62,463 nt of DNA from an uncultured Bifidobacteriaceae bacterium (GTDB lineage Bacteria; Verrucomicrobiota; Verrucomicrobiia; Limisphaerales; UBA11358), in contig CAYTJG010000002.1 of the NCBI GenBank assembly GCA_964437865.1, forward strand, positions 1 through 62,463, written 5' to 3'. Position 1 is the first letter of the stretch; each line of letters begins with the position of its first letter. The translations under genes and the position numbers were made by a program. Shown here one piece after another: positions 35,675 to 44,674 of this stretch. Below the pieces are notes generated by a model. The model searched no databases and was not told the origin of the DNA. It was given only the letters and a program-made list of their open reading frames with translations.

Positions 35675-36790
35675 ATGATCAAAAACAGCCAGACTATTGG
35701 CCGCTTCGGTTCCGTCGGCCAAAAGCTTCGCCTCGGGTTCGTGCCGCTCGCCGATTGCGCCCCGTTGGTCGCCGCCCAGGAACTCGATTTATTTGGAAAA
35801 TTCGGTTTGCGCGTCGAATTGAGCCGCGAACTCGGCTGGGCCGGGGTCCGGGATAAAATCAATCAGGGCGAACTGGACGCGGCTCATGCGCTGGCCCCCA
35901 TGCCTGCCGCCGCCACGCTTGGACTGGGTTCGCCGCCGTGCGCCTGCGTGTCTGCACTGGTTCTCAATCTCAACGGCACCGCCATCACCCTGGCCAACGA
36001 CCTCTGGAAACGCGGGGTTCGGGATGGGCGCAGCCTGCGCGAGGAAATCGTGCGGGCGCGGGGGGCCAAACAATTCACTTTCGGCGCGGTCTTTCCCTTT
36101 TCCTCGCACCGCCATTTGCTGCGCCGCTGGCTGGCGGTGCATGGCATTGACCCGGAGCGCGACATCCGGATTGTGACGGTGCCGCCGCCACAGATGGCCG
36201 CCCTCCTGAAGGCAGGGCACTTGGACGGGTTTTGCGCCGGTGAACCCTGGAATTCGGCCGCGGTCCAATCCCAGGCCGGCTGGATCGTTGCCGCCGGCGC
36301 GCAGATCGACCCGTTGCATCCGGAGAAAGTACTCATGGTGCGCGCTGATTTTGCCGCGGAACGAGGCGGCGAACATGTGGCCCTGGTGGCCGCCCTGTTG
36401 GAAGCCTGTGAGTTTTGCGACGAACCGCGCAATCACGATCAGCTCATTCGCTGGCTGGCCCGGCCTGAATATGTGGGGGTGGACGAAGCCCTGCTGCGCC
36501 CCGGAATCACCGGGGCCATGGATTGGGGCCACGGCCTGACGTATAACCGGCCCGATTTCTGCATTTTCCATCGCCACGACGCCAACGAACCTACCGGCTA
36601 CAAGACCGCGTGGGTGCTGGATCTGTTGCGGGCCGGCGGTTTTTGCTCCGAACCCTCCGCGATCAATTTTGCTTTTGCCCGGCAGATTTTCCGGCCCGAT
36701 GTTTTTGATTCGGCGGTCGCCTTGCGACGCCGGCTGAAGGGCATGGTCCGGATTGCGACCGCCGCGGACGTGGCCGCGGCTGCGATTTGA
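35675..36790 (+). CDS. NrtA/NasS-like nitrate/nitrite-type binding protein without a signal peptide
   Basis: The N-terminus reads LRLGFVPLADCAPLVAAQELDLFGKFGLRVELSRELGWAGVRDKINQGELDAAH, in the style of NrtA/CmpA/NasS. There is no signal peptide or TM at the N-terminus. Confidence 0.75.
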   Translation: MIKNSQTIGRFGSVGQKLRLGFVPLADCAPLVAAQELDLFGKFGLRVELSRELGWAGVRDKINQGELDAAHALAPMPAAATLGLGSPPCACVSALVLNLNGTAITLANDLWKRGVRDGRSLREEIVRARGAKQFTFGAVFPFSSHRHLLRRWLAVHGIDPERDIRIVTVPPPQMAALLKAGHLDGFCAGEPWNSAAVQSQAGWIVAAGAQIDPLHPEKVLMVRADFAAERGGEHVALVAALLEACEFCDEPRNHDQLIRWLARPEYVGVDEALLRPGITGAMDWGHGLTYNRPDFCIFHRHDANEPTGYKTAWVLDLLRAGGFCSEPSAINFAFARQIFRPDVFDSAVALRRRLKGMVRIATAADVAAAAI

Positions 36791-37014
36791 TTCGCACCTT
36801 CGCTGGCGAAGTTGTCCCGGCTGCGGGGGGAGAGTTGATTTTTTTACAGCGCGGCTAGAACGCGCCACGCGCCGGGCGCCGGGCCAGCCCGTCCGGGGTC
36901 GATAATTGTTACGTTTTTGTGACTCCTACTGAGAATGATTAGGTTTTATCGCGACGGAGCGGCCGAATCGGCAGTGGCTGAAAATTGGCATCGGATTAGC
37001 TGGTTTGTCCTGTC

Positions 37015-37599
37015 ATGGAGGAGAGAGTTTTTCAAGATGTATTGGCCCGGCCGACTAGCCGGGTGCAGAAGGTAGCGCTCCAATCGACACCGCCGGCGGT
37101 GCGGGTTTGGCTGGTGGACGATAATGACGAGTTGCGCGCCACCTTGGCCGAAGTGCTGGAGAAAGAGGGAGGGATCGAATGCGTACGCCATTTTTCATGC
37201 CCGGAGGCGCTCCTGAGCACGCTGGCGAGCAAGCCGGGGCCTGATGTGATCCTGCTGGATGTACAGATGGGGCGACACTGCGGTCTGGATGCGGTGCGGC
37301 CGATCAAGTCGCTGACTCGCTCGACGCGGGTGTTGATGTTCACCTCGTGTTTCAATCTGTCCATGCGCGAGCGTGCGCTCGGCGATGGCGCCTCGGATTA
37401 TCTACTGAAATCACAACGTTTGGAATATGTGGCCGCGCGCATACGCAATCCGGCGGGCGACCCGCTGCCGCGTCCCGTTGCACGGCGGCGTGCCAGTTGC
37501 CCGCCGGAAACCGCGCGTGCGCCCAAGCCGCCCGCCTCGTTGGCGAATCATGTGTCCCGGTTCGTGCACCGCACGCTGCGGGCCATCCGGGTTTTGTAA
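37015..37599 (+). CDS. Stand-alone response-regulator receiver protein with an Arg/Pro-rich tail
   Basis: The REC pattern is present: VWLVDDNDELR, VILLDVQMGRHCG (phospho-Asp), VLMFTS and DYLLKS. I recognise no HTH or ANTAR domain in this frame or in the alternative frames. Confidence 0.7.
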   Translation: MEERVFQDVLARPTSRVQKVALQSTPPAVRVWLVDDNDELRATLAEVLEKEGGIECVRHFSCPEALLSTLASKPGPDVILLDVQMGRHCGLDAVRPIKSLTRSTRVLMFTSCFNLSMRERALGDGASDYLLKSQRLEYVAARIRNPAGDPLPRPVARRRASCPPETARAPKPPASLANHVSRFVHRTLRAIRVL

Positions 37600-37805
37600 C
37601 CGGGGCGCGGCCGTCCTCGGCCGCGGAGGCGTACGAGCGTTGCGGCTGCGGTCAACTTGAGCCAAGCGTGGTGGAGCGGCCGTTCGTTTTGGAGCGTTTT
37701 TGCTGGGTGGCGGTATTGGGCGGAATCATGAATCAGCGCCCGGGGACGGGCACGCGCCGGGTGGATGACTTGCCCTCAGGGGGAATTCTGAGGGCGTTTG
37801 GCTTC

Positions 37806-38714
37806 TTATGCCACCGTGTCGGTCACCAACTCCGCCGCGCTGGCATTGGCGCGCACTTGGTCCGGGGTCTTGCATCCGCAGACCACCGAGGTCACCAACG
37901 GATCGCGCAGGCACCAGGCAATGGCCCAATTACCCAGGGCGGTTCCCGACGGCACTTCCTCTTTTTGCAGACGCTCGACTTCGGCCAGATCCCGCTGCAA
38001 TTTTTCCGCCGCCATTTTGGACCGCACGTCGTTGGCGGCAAAAGACTGGCCCGGCCGGTATTTGCCCGTGAGCAGACCGCTGGCCAGGGGCACCCGGCCG
38101 ATCACGCCCAGGTGGTCGCGTCGCGCCGACGGGAGATAAAGTTGTTCGGGCCGCCGATCCAGGCGGTTGTAGAAAACCTGCAGGCTCTCCGCCCCCATCC
38201 GTGCCGCCTCCTCCGCTTGGGCGGCGCTGCCTTTTTGCATGATGGACACGCCCAAATGGCGGATCTTGCCCGCCCGCTTTTGTTCCGCCAGCATCGCCCA
38301 GAGCTCCTCGTGGCGGAACAACTCATCGGATCCGGAATGAAATTGGTACAGGTCAATCGTTTCCACGTGCAGGGCCTTGAGCGACGATTCAAGCTGCTGG
38401 CGCACACCGGCCACCGAGAAATCGTCCGTGCGATCCAGAAAGCGGTTGAAATGGTGTCCAAACTTGGTGGCCACGATCCACCGGGAGCGGTCGCGGCGGG
38501 CCAGATAATCGCCGATCAGGCGCTCAGCGAGGTGGTCCGGCCCGTAACATTCGGCGGTGTCGATGAAATTGACGCCGGCATCGGCTGCCGCATCCAGAAT
38601 GGCGTCGGCCGCCGGCTGCGAAAAGTCCACGCCCCATTCGCCGCCCAGTTGCCACGTGCCGAGGCCGATGACGGAGGTTTGCAGGCCGGTCTTGCCCAAG
38701 GTTCGAAAGCGCAT
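37806..38714 (-). CDS. Aldo/keto reductase
   Basis: AKR motifs are present: LGTWQLGGEWG, FIDTAECYG, IVATKFGH and GVSIM. Confidence 0.88.
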   Translation of the reverse strand: MRFRTLGKTGLQTSVIGLGTWQLGGEWGVDFSQPAADAILDAAADAGVNFIDTAECYGPDHLAERLIGDYLARRDRSRWIVATKFGHHFNRFLDRTDDFSVAGVRQQLESSLKALHVETIDLYQFHSGSDELFRHEELWAMLAEQKRAGKIRHLGVSIMQKGSAAQAEEAARMGAESLQVFYNRLDRRPEQLYLPSARRDHLGVIGRVPLASGLLTGKYRPGQSFAANDVRSKMAAEKLQRDLAEVERLQKEEVPSGTALGNWAIAWCLRDPLVTSVVCGCKTPDQVRANASAAELVTDTVA

Positions 38715-38817
38715 GTCCGCGCATTGTTTGGGAATCGCCCCGGGGAGACAAGTCTCCGTTTAAAAATCATCATTGCCGGCTTGCCTTGGTGTGCCTTTGT
38801 TTGAAACTCTTCCGACC

Positions 38818-39039
38818 ATGAACAAAGCCGAGATTGCCGAGCTGCTCCGTCGCGAAGTGGGCGAATTGGAGGTCAGCATCAAAAAGGTTCAGGGACGCTG
38901 CGAACGATTGAAAAAAATCGTGCTCGACCTCGAGGACGAGCTGGCCCCGCCCCAGCCCAAGGGGCCGCAGCCGGACAGCAAGTTCCGGAAAATGATCGAC
39001 CAAGTGTTTGGGGAAGAGCCCCGGCGGCCGAAACGATGA
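38818..39039 (+). CDS. Small hypothetical coiled-coil protein (73 aa)
   Basis: It is an ATG-started ORF with heptad-like charged sequence (AEIAELLRREVGELEVSIKKVQGRCERLKKIVLDLEDEL). I recognise no family. Confidence 0.3.
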   Translation: MNKAEIAELLRREVGELEVSIKKVQGRCERLKKIVLDLEDELAPPQPKGPQPDSKFRKMIDQVFGEEPRRPKR

Positions 39040-39068
39040 GCGGGGAGGGTGGCTAAACGGAGCGCGGG

Positions 39069-39797
39069 CTAAATCGCGAGGCGGGTCGACTGCATTTCCA
39101 GGTCCCGCAGCAGGCGGGCCAGCGTGTTGTACAGGCATTCCGACACCAACACCTGGCCTTGAATCGTCAAGTGGGTGCCATCATGCAGCAAGATCTCGCG
39201 GCGGGGATAGGCGTCGAGTGCGGCATACGCGTTCACGTAACGGGCGGTGGGAACGGCGGCCACCACCTTGGCCAAAGCCGGAACGCATGCGCGGGCAATG
39301 CGGTCCGACCGGGGGGAACCCAGCACGAAGGGGGAAATCACCACCGGAATCGCGGACTGGGCCGCCACGGTTCGGATCATCTGGTTCATGGCTTCGAGGT
39401 AGGCCTCGGGAGCGGTGATGGATTTCAATCCGAGCAGGTCGCCGATGATTCCCTGGACCCGCCAGCGGATCAGATGCAGGGAGTTGGCCGGATGGGCGGC
39501 GACGCGGGCCTGGGCAGAGACCGATCGCAGGTGGCGTTTTCGGCGCACGGGGGCCACCAGGTCGCTTGATCCGAATTGGAGCACCACGATCTCCGGGTGG
39601 TCCGCCAGACCGTGCGACGGCAGATGGCGGAGCGCCCGGGGTGCCGGGAACCCGCCCAAGGTGTAAATGGAGGCGGCGAGTAGGTGGCCTGTTTCCAGGC
39701 GCAATCGTTCCGTGGCCAGATGAAAAAATGAATTTTCAAAGCCATGCGGGAAACCACCGATCAAACAGGCTCCAAAACCGCGAATTTTTACATCCAT
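39069..39797 (-). CDS. SGNH/GDSL-like hydrolase
   Basis: Block V DxxH is present as HDGTHLT, block I-like sequence as VLQFGSSDL, and the size fits. Confidence 0.6.
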   Translation of the reverse strand: MDVKIRGFGACLIGGFPHGFENSFFHLATERLRLETGHLLAASIYTLGGFPAPRALRHLPSHGLADHPEIVVLQFGSSDLVAPVRRKRHLRSVSAQARVAAHPANSLHLIRWRVQGIIGDLLGLKSITAPEAYLEAMNQMIRTVAAQSAIPVVISPFVLGSPRSDRIARACVPALAKVVAAVPTARYVNAYAALDAYPRREILLHDGTHLTIQGQVLVSECLYNTLARLLRDLEMQSTRLAI

Positions 39798-39889
39798 GGT
39801 AGGCCAGTTAATATTAGGTTAATTCCGATGATTTGACAAGAAAAGTAGTTCTCAAACTCCTGTCCGAATAGCGGGCGAAATTTGTTTAA

Positions 39890-42277
39890 ATGGAAGCCGT
39901 TATGTGGCATCTAATCGTCATGCGTCGTTCTGTCGCCATCTTATTTGCCGTCCTAGGGCTGGTGTTGAGCCGGACGGCGCCGGCTGGGGCTCAGTTGGAT
40001 TTTGCCGGGGCCGGCGATGGGGCCACCCATCATACGCGCGTAAAACTGTTCCTGTCCGCCGCCACCGTGAAACCGGGGGACACGATTGTGGCCGGGGTGG
40101 ACCTGAAAATGGACGCCGGCTGGCACACCTATTGGAAGAATCCGGGGGAAGCCGGCACGGCCACGAAGATCGATTGGACGCTGCCGGCGGGTGTTTCCGC
40201 CGGGGAGATCCGATGGCCGCTGCCGCATAAACTGCCCCCCGCTGAAGTCGCCACCTACGGCTACGAGGATGAAGTGATGTTATTGGTGCCGCTGACGGTG
40301 GCGGCCAGCGTAACTCCCGGTCCGTTGACTCTCTCCGCCAAGGTTTCGTGGTTGGAATGTCGCGAATCCTGCATTCCGGCCGATGACACGGTTACGGCCA
40401 AGATCGACGCCGGCGCGGAAACGCAGACTTCGCCGGAGGCTGTCCTGATTGACACCTGGAAAAAAAAGACTCCCCAACCGAGCGGCTCCCTGGCTTTCCA
40501 AGCGGTTTGGGAAAAACCGGCGGTTGGCGACACCCGGTCCCTGCTGCTCAGCCACGGTCCGGCGGCGGCGGAAAAAAGCGTCCAATGCAGTGCGGTCGAT
40601 TTTTTCCCCGGCGCCAGCGATAATTATGAAATTGAGCCCGCCGTGGAGGTGCTTTCGGCCCTTTCCTCGGATATCCAGTTGCGCAAACAGGTTAAGAAAT
40701 TCTCGGGCGATTGGCCGATGCAGATCAGCGGCACGGTGGTGTTCGAAACGGGGCAGGGACGATCCGGATACGACGTGAACTTGTCCGTGGCGGAAAAAGT
40801 CGCCGCCGGGACTTCCGGGGCCGCGACGGGACCTGCCGCGGGCACGACGGCCGGGACGAGCCCGGGCGCAACGTCACTGGCGCCGGTGGATCTGGCCGGC
40901 ACGCCGATGTGGCAGATGCTGCTGTATGCGTTTCTCGGGGGGCTCATCCTTAATATCATGCCTTGCGTGTTGCCGGTGATTGCGCTCAAGATTCTCGGTT
41001 TTGTGAGCGAGGCGCAGAGCCAGCCGCGGCATATCCGGAAGCTTGGGCTCTGCTATACGCTGGGTGTGCTGGCTTCCTTTCTCGTGCTGGCCGGCTTGGT
41101 CATCAGTTTCCAGACGGCCGGGCATCAGGCCGGCTGGGGCATGCAATTTGGCAGTCCCATCTTCATTGTCTGCCTGACGACCCTGGTTCTCCTGGTGGCG
41201 CTCAATCTATTCGGTGTTTTTGAGGTGGCGGTGGGCGGGCGCGCCTTCGATACTGCCAGCAGTCTGGCTTCGAAGAGTGGTCCGGCGGGCGCGTTTTTCA
41301 ACGGCGTGCTGGCCACCACGCTGGCCACGCCCTGCACCGCGCCGTTTCTGGCGCCGGCCTTGGGCTTCGCTTTTGCCCAAAGCGCGCCCGTGATCGTGAT
41401 CTTCTTCCTGACCGTCGGCCTCGGGCTTTCGCTGCCGTATTTGGTGCTGAGCTGGCAGCCGGCCTGGCTCAAGTTCCTGCCCAAGCCGGGCGGCTGGATG
41501 GAAAAATTCAAGATTGCCATGGGTTTTCCCATGCTTGCCACCGTGGTCTGGCTGTTCAACATCGCCGCCAGCAGTTACCGGAGCAATGTCCTTTGGCTGG
41601 GCGTGTTTCTGGTGCTGGTGGCCTTTGCCGCCTGGATTTTTGGCGAATTCGTCCAACGCGGACGCCAACGCAAATTGCTGGCGGGGATCGCCACGCTGCT
41701 GGTGCTGGCGGGGGCCTATGGCTTCGCCCTGGAAAAAGAACTGGATTGGCGGGCGCCCGCCGCGGGCAATGGGGCAGGGGGCGGTCAGGCGACCGCCGAC
41801 GGCCTCGATTGGCAGCCGTGGTCGCCGGAGGCCGTCGCCGCCGCGCGGGCGGCGGGCAAGCCGGTGTTGGTGGATTTCACCGCCGATTGGTGCGCCACCT
41901 GCCAGTTCAACAAGAAGACCAGCATCGACGTTCCGGCGGTGCGCAAGAAGCTCAAGGCGCTCGATGCCACGACCCTGGTGGGCGACTATACGCATTTCCC
42001 GGAAGCCATCACCCAGGAACTGCGGCGGCACCATCGCGCCGGGGTGCCCTTGGTTCTGGTGTACCCGGCGCATGCCCAGGTCGCTGAAATCGTGCTCCCG
42101 GATGGCTTGCTCACGCCGCGAATCGTGCTGGATGCCCTGGATGGCCGGACGACTCCGGTCCAGTGGGGTGGCATAATTTTGTGGGGCGGTGGGGCGGTGG
42201 GGCTGGTGCTGCTCCTGGCCGTGTATTGGCGCAAGCAGCCAGCCGCCGCCCCAACCTCCGTTAGCCGCCCGTCATAA
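39890..42277 (+). CDS. dsbD: Thiol:disulfide interchange protein, DsbD family
   Basis: It has an N-terminal DsbD-alpha-like periplasmic domain, a CcdA-type TM core with conserved Cys (NIMPCVLPV and TPCTAPFL), and a C-terminal thioredoxin domain (DFTADWCATCQ). The start may instead be an internal Met at 39902 or 39920. Confidence 0.85.
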   Translation: MEAVMWHLIVMRRSVAILFAVLGLVLSRTAPAGAQLDFAGAGDGATHHTRVKLFLSAATVKPGDTIVAGVDLKMDAGWHTYWKNPGEAGTATKIDWTLPAGVSAGEIRWPLPHKLPPAEVATYGYEDEVMLLVPLTVAASVTPGPLTLSAKVSWLECRESCIPADDTVTAKIDAGAETQTSPEAVLIDTWKKKTPQPSGSLAFQAVWEKPAVGDTRSLLLSHGPAAAEKSVQCSAVDFFPGASDNYEIEPAVEVLSALSSDIQLRKQVKKFSGDWPMQISGTVVFETGQGRSGYDVNLSVAEKVAAGTSGAATGPAAGTTAGTSPGATSLAPVDLAGTPMWQMLLYAFLGGLILNIMPCVLPVIALKILGFVSEAQSQPRHIRKLGLCYTLGVLASFLVLAGLVISFQTAGHQAGWGMQFGSPIFIVCLTTLVLLVALNLFGVFEVAVGGRAFDTASSLASKSGPAGAFFNGVLATTLATPCTAPFLAPALGFAFAQSAPVIVIFFLTVGLGLSLPYLVLSWQPAWLKFLPKPGGWMEKFKIAMGFPMLATVVWLFNIAASSYRSNVLWLGVFLVLVAFAAWIFGEFVQRGRQRKLLAGIATLLVLAGAYGFALEKELDWRAPAAGNGAGGGQATADGLDWQPWSPEAVAAARAAGKPVLVDFTADWCATCQFNKKTSIDVPAVRKKLKALDATTLVGDYTHFPEAITQELRRHHRAGVPLVLVYPAHAQVAEIVLPDGLLTPRIVLDALDGRTTPVQWGGIILWGGGAVGLVLLLAVYWRKQPAAAPTSVSRPS

Positions 42278-42346
42278 TTCTTTGAACAACAGCTTCCTTG
42301 GGGGTGTCTTTTGTTTGGTGGAGAATAACCAAACATAACACACACC

Positions 42347-42937
42347 ATGAAAAAGACTTTTGTTACGCTGGCAGCGCTGGCCCTGGCCGCCTCGGCTTGG
42401 GCGGTGGAGATTGGTCAGCCGGCCCCGGATTTCACCGGCACCGACATCAATGGCAAAACCATCAAGCTCTCGGATTACCAAGGCAAGATTGTGGTGCTCG
42501 AATCCTACAATTCCGATTGTCCCTTTTGCCACAACCAATATAAAACGGGCGCCGCTCAGGCCCTGCAGAAGGAGCTGGCCGAGAAAGGGGTGGTGTGGCT
42601 GATGGTCAATTCGGTGAACCCGCGGAACCCGAGCCATCGGACCGCCTCCCAGGCCCAGCAGGAATGGACCGACCTGAAAATGGCGGCGACCGCGTGGATC
42701 GATGACAGTACCGGCACCATCGGGCATCTCTACGGCATGAAGACCACGCCGCACGTGTTCGTGGTGGACAAGACCGGCAAGGTGGTCTACGTCGGCGCCA
42801 TGGATGATCAGCCTGATCCCGTGCACGATCCGAAAACGGCGCGGAATTACGTGCGCGAAACGGTGGATGATCTGCTGGCCGGCAAGCCGATCGAGGTGGC
42901 GCAGACCAAGCCGTACGGTTGCGCGGTGCATTATTGA
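42347..42937 (+). CDS. Secreted TlpA/redoxin-family thiol-disulfide oxidoreductase
   Basis: It has a signal peptide (MKKTFVTLAALALAASAWA), the CxxC motif SDCPFC, and the AhpC/TSA-like sequence GMKTTPHVFVVDKTGKVVY. Confidence 0.85.
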   Translation: MKKTFVTLAALALAASAWAVEIGQPAPDFTGTDINGKTIKLSDYQGKIVVLESYNSDCPFCHNQYKTGAAQALQKELAEKGVVWLMVNSVNPRNPSHRTASQAQQEWTDLKMAATAWIDDSTGTIGHLYGMKTTPHVFVVDKTGKVVYVGAMDDQPDPVHDPKTARNYVRETVDDLLAGKPIEVAQTKPYGCAVHY

Positions 42938-43387
42938 GCCCGGGCGGCGGGTGGTTGGTAAGGCGGTGAGAAGAATGAGCCCGGCGCCTGACGCGCCAGC
43001 GTTTGGAGCGCCGAGCCTTGCTCGGCCCGCGTACCTAAGGCTTTCGATCGGAGCATCGGCCCACGCCCTTTGGAGCGCGGCTTCATTTGCCAACCCACGC
43101 AATCACGGCTCGTTCGGTCGTGCCGCAGTTCTGCGTGAACCGTGAGGCGTTCGCCCAGAGAGGCGCGGCTGGAAAAATCCAATGGCGCGTTGGTTGGCAC
43201 GCGGAGACGTGTTCCAAAACGGTGGAGGGCCACCGTACTCCACGACGCTGGCGCGTTCGCCCTGCGCAGCGCAGTCGCGCCAACTTCCGCGCGGCGGACG
43301 CCCCTCGAAATAGTGGCTGGACTTTGTATCCGACAATTTGGAAACTGCAAAGTTCGTTCCCTTTCAACCAATAAAAACGATTACATC

Positions 43388-44551
43388 ATGAAAACGCGTT
43401 TCCTTCCCCTTGTTGTTTGTACGCTGGCCGCCGTGTGGTCGTTACGGGCGGCGGATGCCTCGTTTGACGGGCTGAACCTGGACCTGGGCAACCTGGCGCG
43501 GGTCTCCGATGCCCAGTCGCGCTCCATCAGCCCGGAGAATTTCACGGGCGAGAAAGGCAAGGCGGGCATGGCCGTCCACGGCACCGGCGAGGGCGCCGCG
43601 CGTGAGCTGGGCCAGGGCTGGAAGGTTTCCCCTTCGGTGGGCATTGCGGCGCACGCCACGTATACGCTGGCCGAGATCACCGGCCCGGGGGCGATTCAAC
43701 AAATCTGGATGACGCCCAGCCCGCTGGACAAAACCCGTTGGAACATCCTGCGCATTTATTGGGATGATGATCCGAATCCCTCTGTGGAGTGTCCGCTGGG
43801 CGATTTCTTTGCGTGCGGCTGGGGGCGATACTGTCAGGTCAATTCGCTGCCGGTCTGCGTGAATCCGGGGAGCGCGTTCAATTGCTATTGGCAGATGCCG
43901 TTCCACAAGAAGTGCAAGATCACGCTGGAGAACCTGGACGACAATGCCATGACGCTGTACTACCAGATCAACTATACGTTGACCAAGGTGCCGGACGACG
44001 CGGCATATTTTCACGCCCAATTCCGGCGCGAGAACCCGCTCAAGACGAAGGGGCTCTACACGATCCTGGACGGGGTGGAAGGGCAGGGACAATACGTGGG
44101 CACTTATCTGGCCTACGGCGCGCATGGCACGGGCTGGTGGGGCGAGGGCGAAATCAAATTCTATCTGGACGGCGACGCGGGTTTTCCGACGATTTGCGGC
44201 ACCGGGACGGAAGACTATTTCTGCGGCTCCTATGATTTCGATACGCAGGGGGCGGACGGGCATTCGCATTACACGGAGTTCTCCACGCCGTACAGCGGCT
44301 TGGCGCAGGTGATCCGGCCGGACGGCCACTATGATTCCCAAACCCGGTTTGGTCTCTATCGCTGGCATGTAAGGGATCCGATCCGGTTTCGAAAGGACCT
44401 GAAGGTGACAATCCAGGCGCTGGGGTGGCAATCCGGCGGGCGTTATTTGCAGGAACAGGACGACGTGGCTTCGGTGGCTTTCTGGTATCAAACCCTGCCG
44501 CACAAGAAGTTTCCGCCGCTGCCCAGCCGGGATGAGTTGGAGTGGCATTGA
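43388..44551 (+). CDS. DUF2961 / GH172-family glycoside hydrolase
   Basis: It has a signal peptide (MKTRFLPLVVCTLAAVWSLRA) and the hallmark GTGTEDYF motif. The upstream 82 codons of the supplied-track ORF look non-coding. Confidence 0.8.
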   Translation: MKTRFLPLVVCTLAAVWSLRAADASFDGLNLDLGNLARVSDAQSRSISPENFTGEKGKAGMAVHGTGEGAARELGQGWKVSPSVGIAAHATYTLAEITGPGAIQQIWMTPSPLDKTRWNILRIYWDDDPNPSVECPLGDFFACGWGRYCQVNSLPVCVNPGSAFNCYWQMPFHKKCKITLENLDDNAMTLYYQINYTLTKVPDDAAYFHAQFRRENPLKTKGLYTILDGVEGQGQYVGTYLAYGAHGTGWWGEGEIKFYLDGDAGFPTICGTGTEDYFCGSYDFDTQGADGHSHYTEFSTPYSGLAQVIRPDGHYDSQTRFGLYRWHVRDPIRFRKDLKVTIQALGWQSGGRYLQEQDDVASVAFWYQTLPHKKFPPLPSRDELEWH

Positions 44552-44674
44552 CGCCGCGGCGTGCGCTGGTGATGGGGTGCGAAAGGAGCGTGATTGATCG
44601 GCTTCAAATTGGCCGGACCGGGGCAATTTTGGTTGACGGCCCATGAAAATGTAGCCTAGGATACATCCTTCAAA

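Noticed and set aside
37420-37805. A search for a frameshifted ANTAR or LuxR-type HTH domain downstream of the receiver domain.
   Set aside because: None of the three plus-strand frames shows an HTH or ANTAR-like pattern. The receiver appears to be genuinely stand-alone.
43142-43387. An N-terminal extension of the GH172 ORF on the supplied track.
   Set aside because: The extension is Arg/Ala-rich and precedes a perfectly good signal peptide at 43388. It overlaps the hairpin-dense repeat region.
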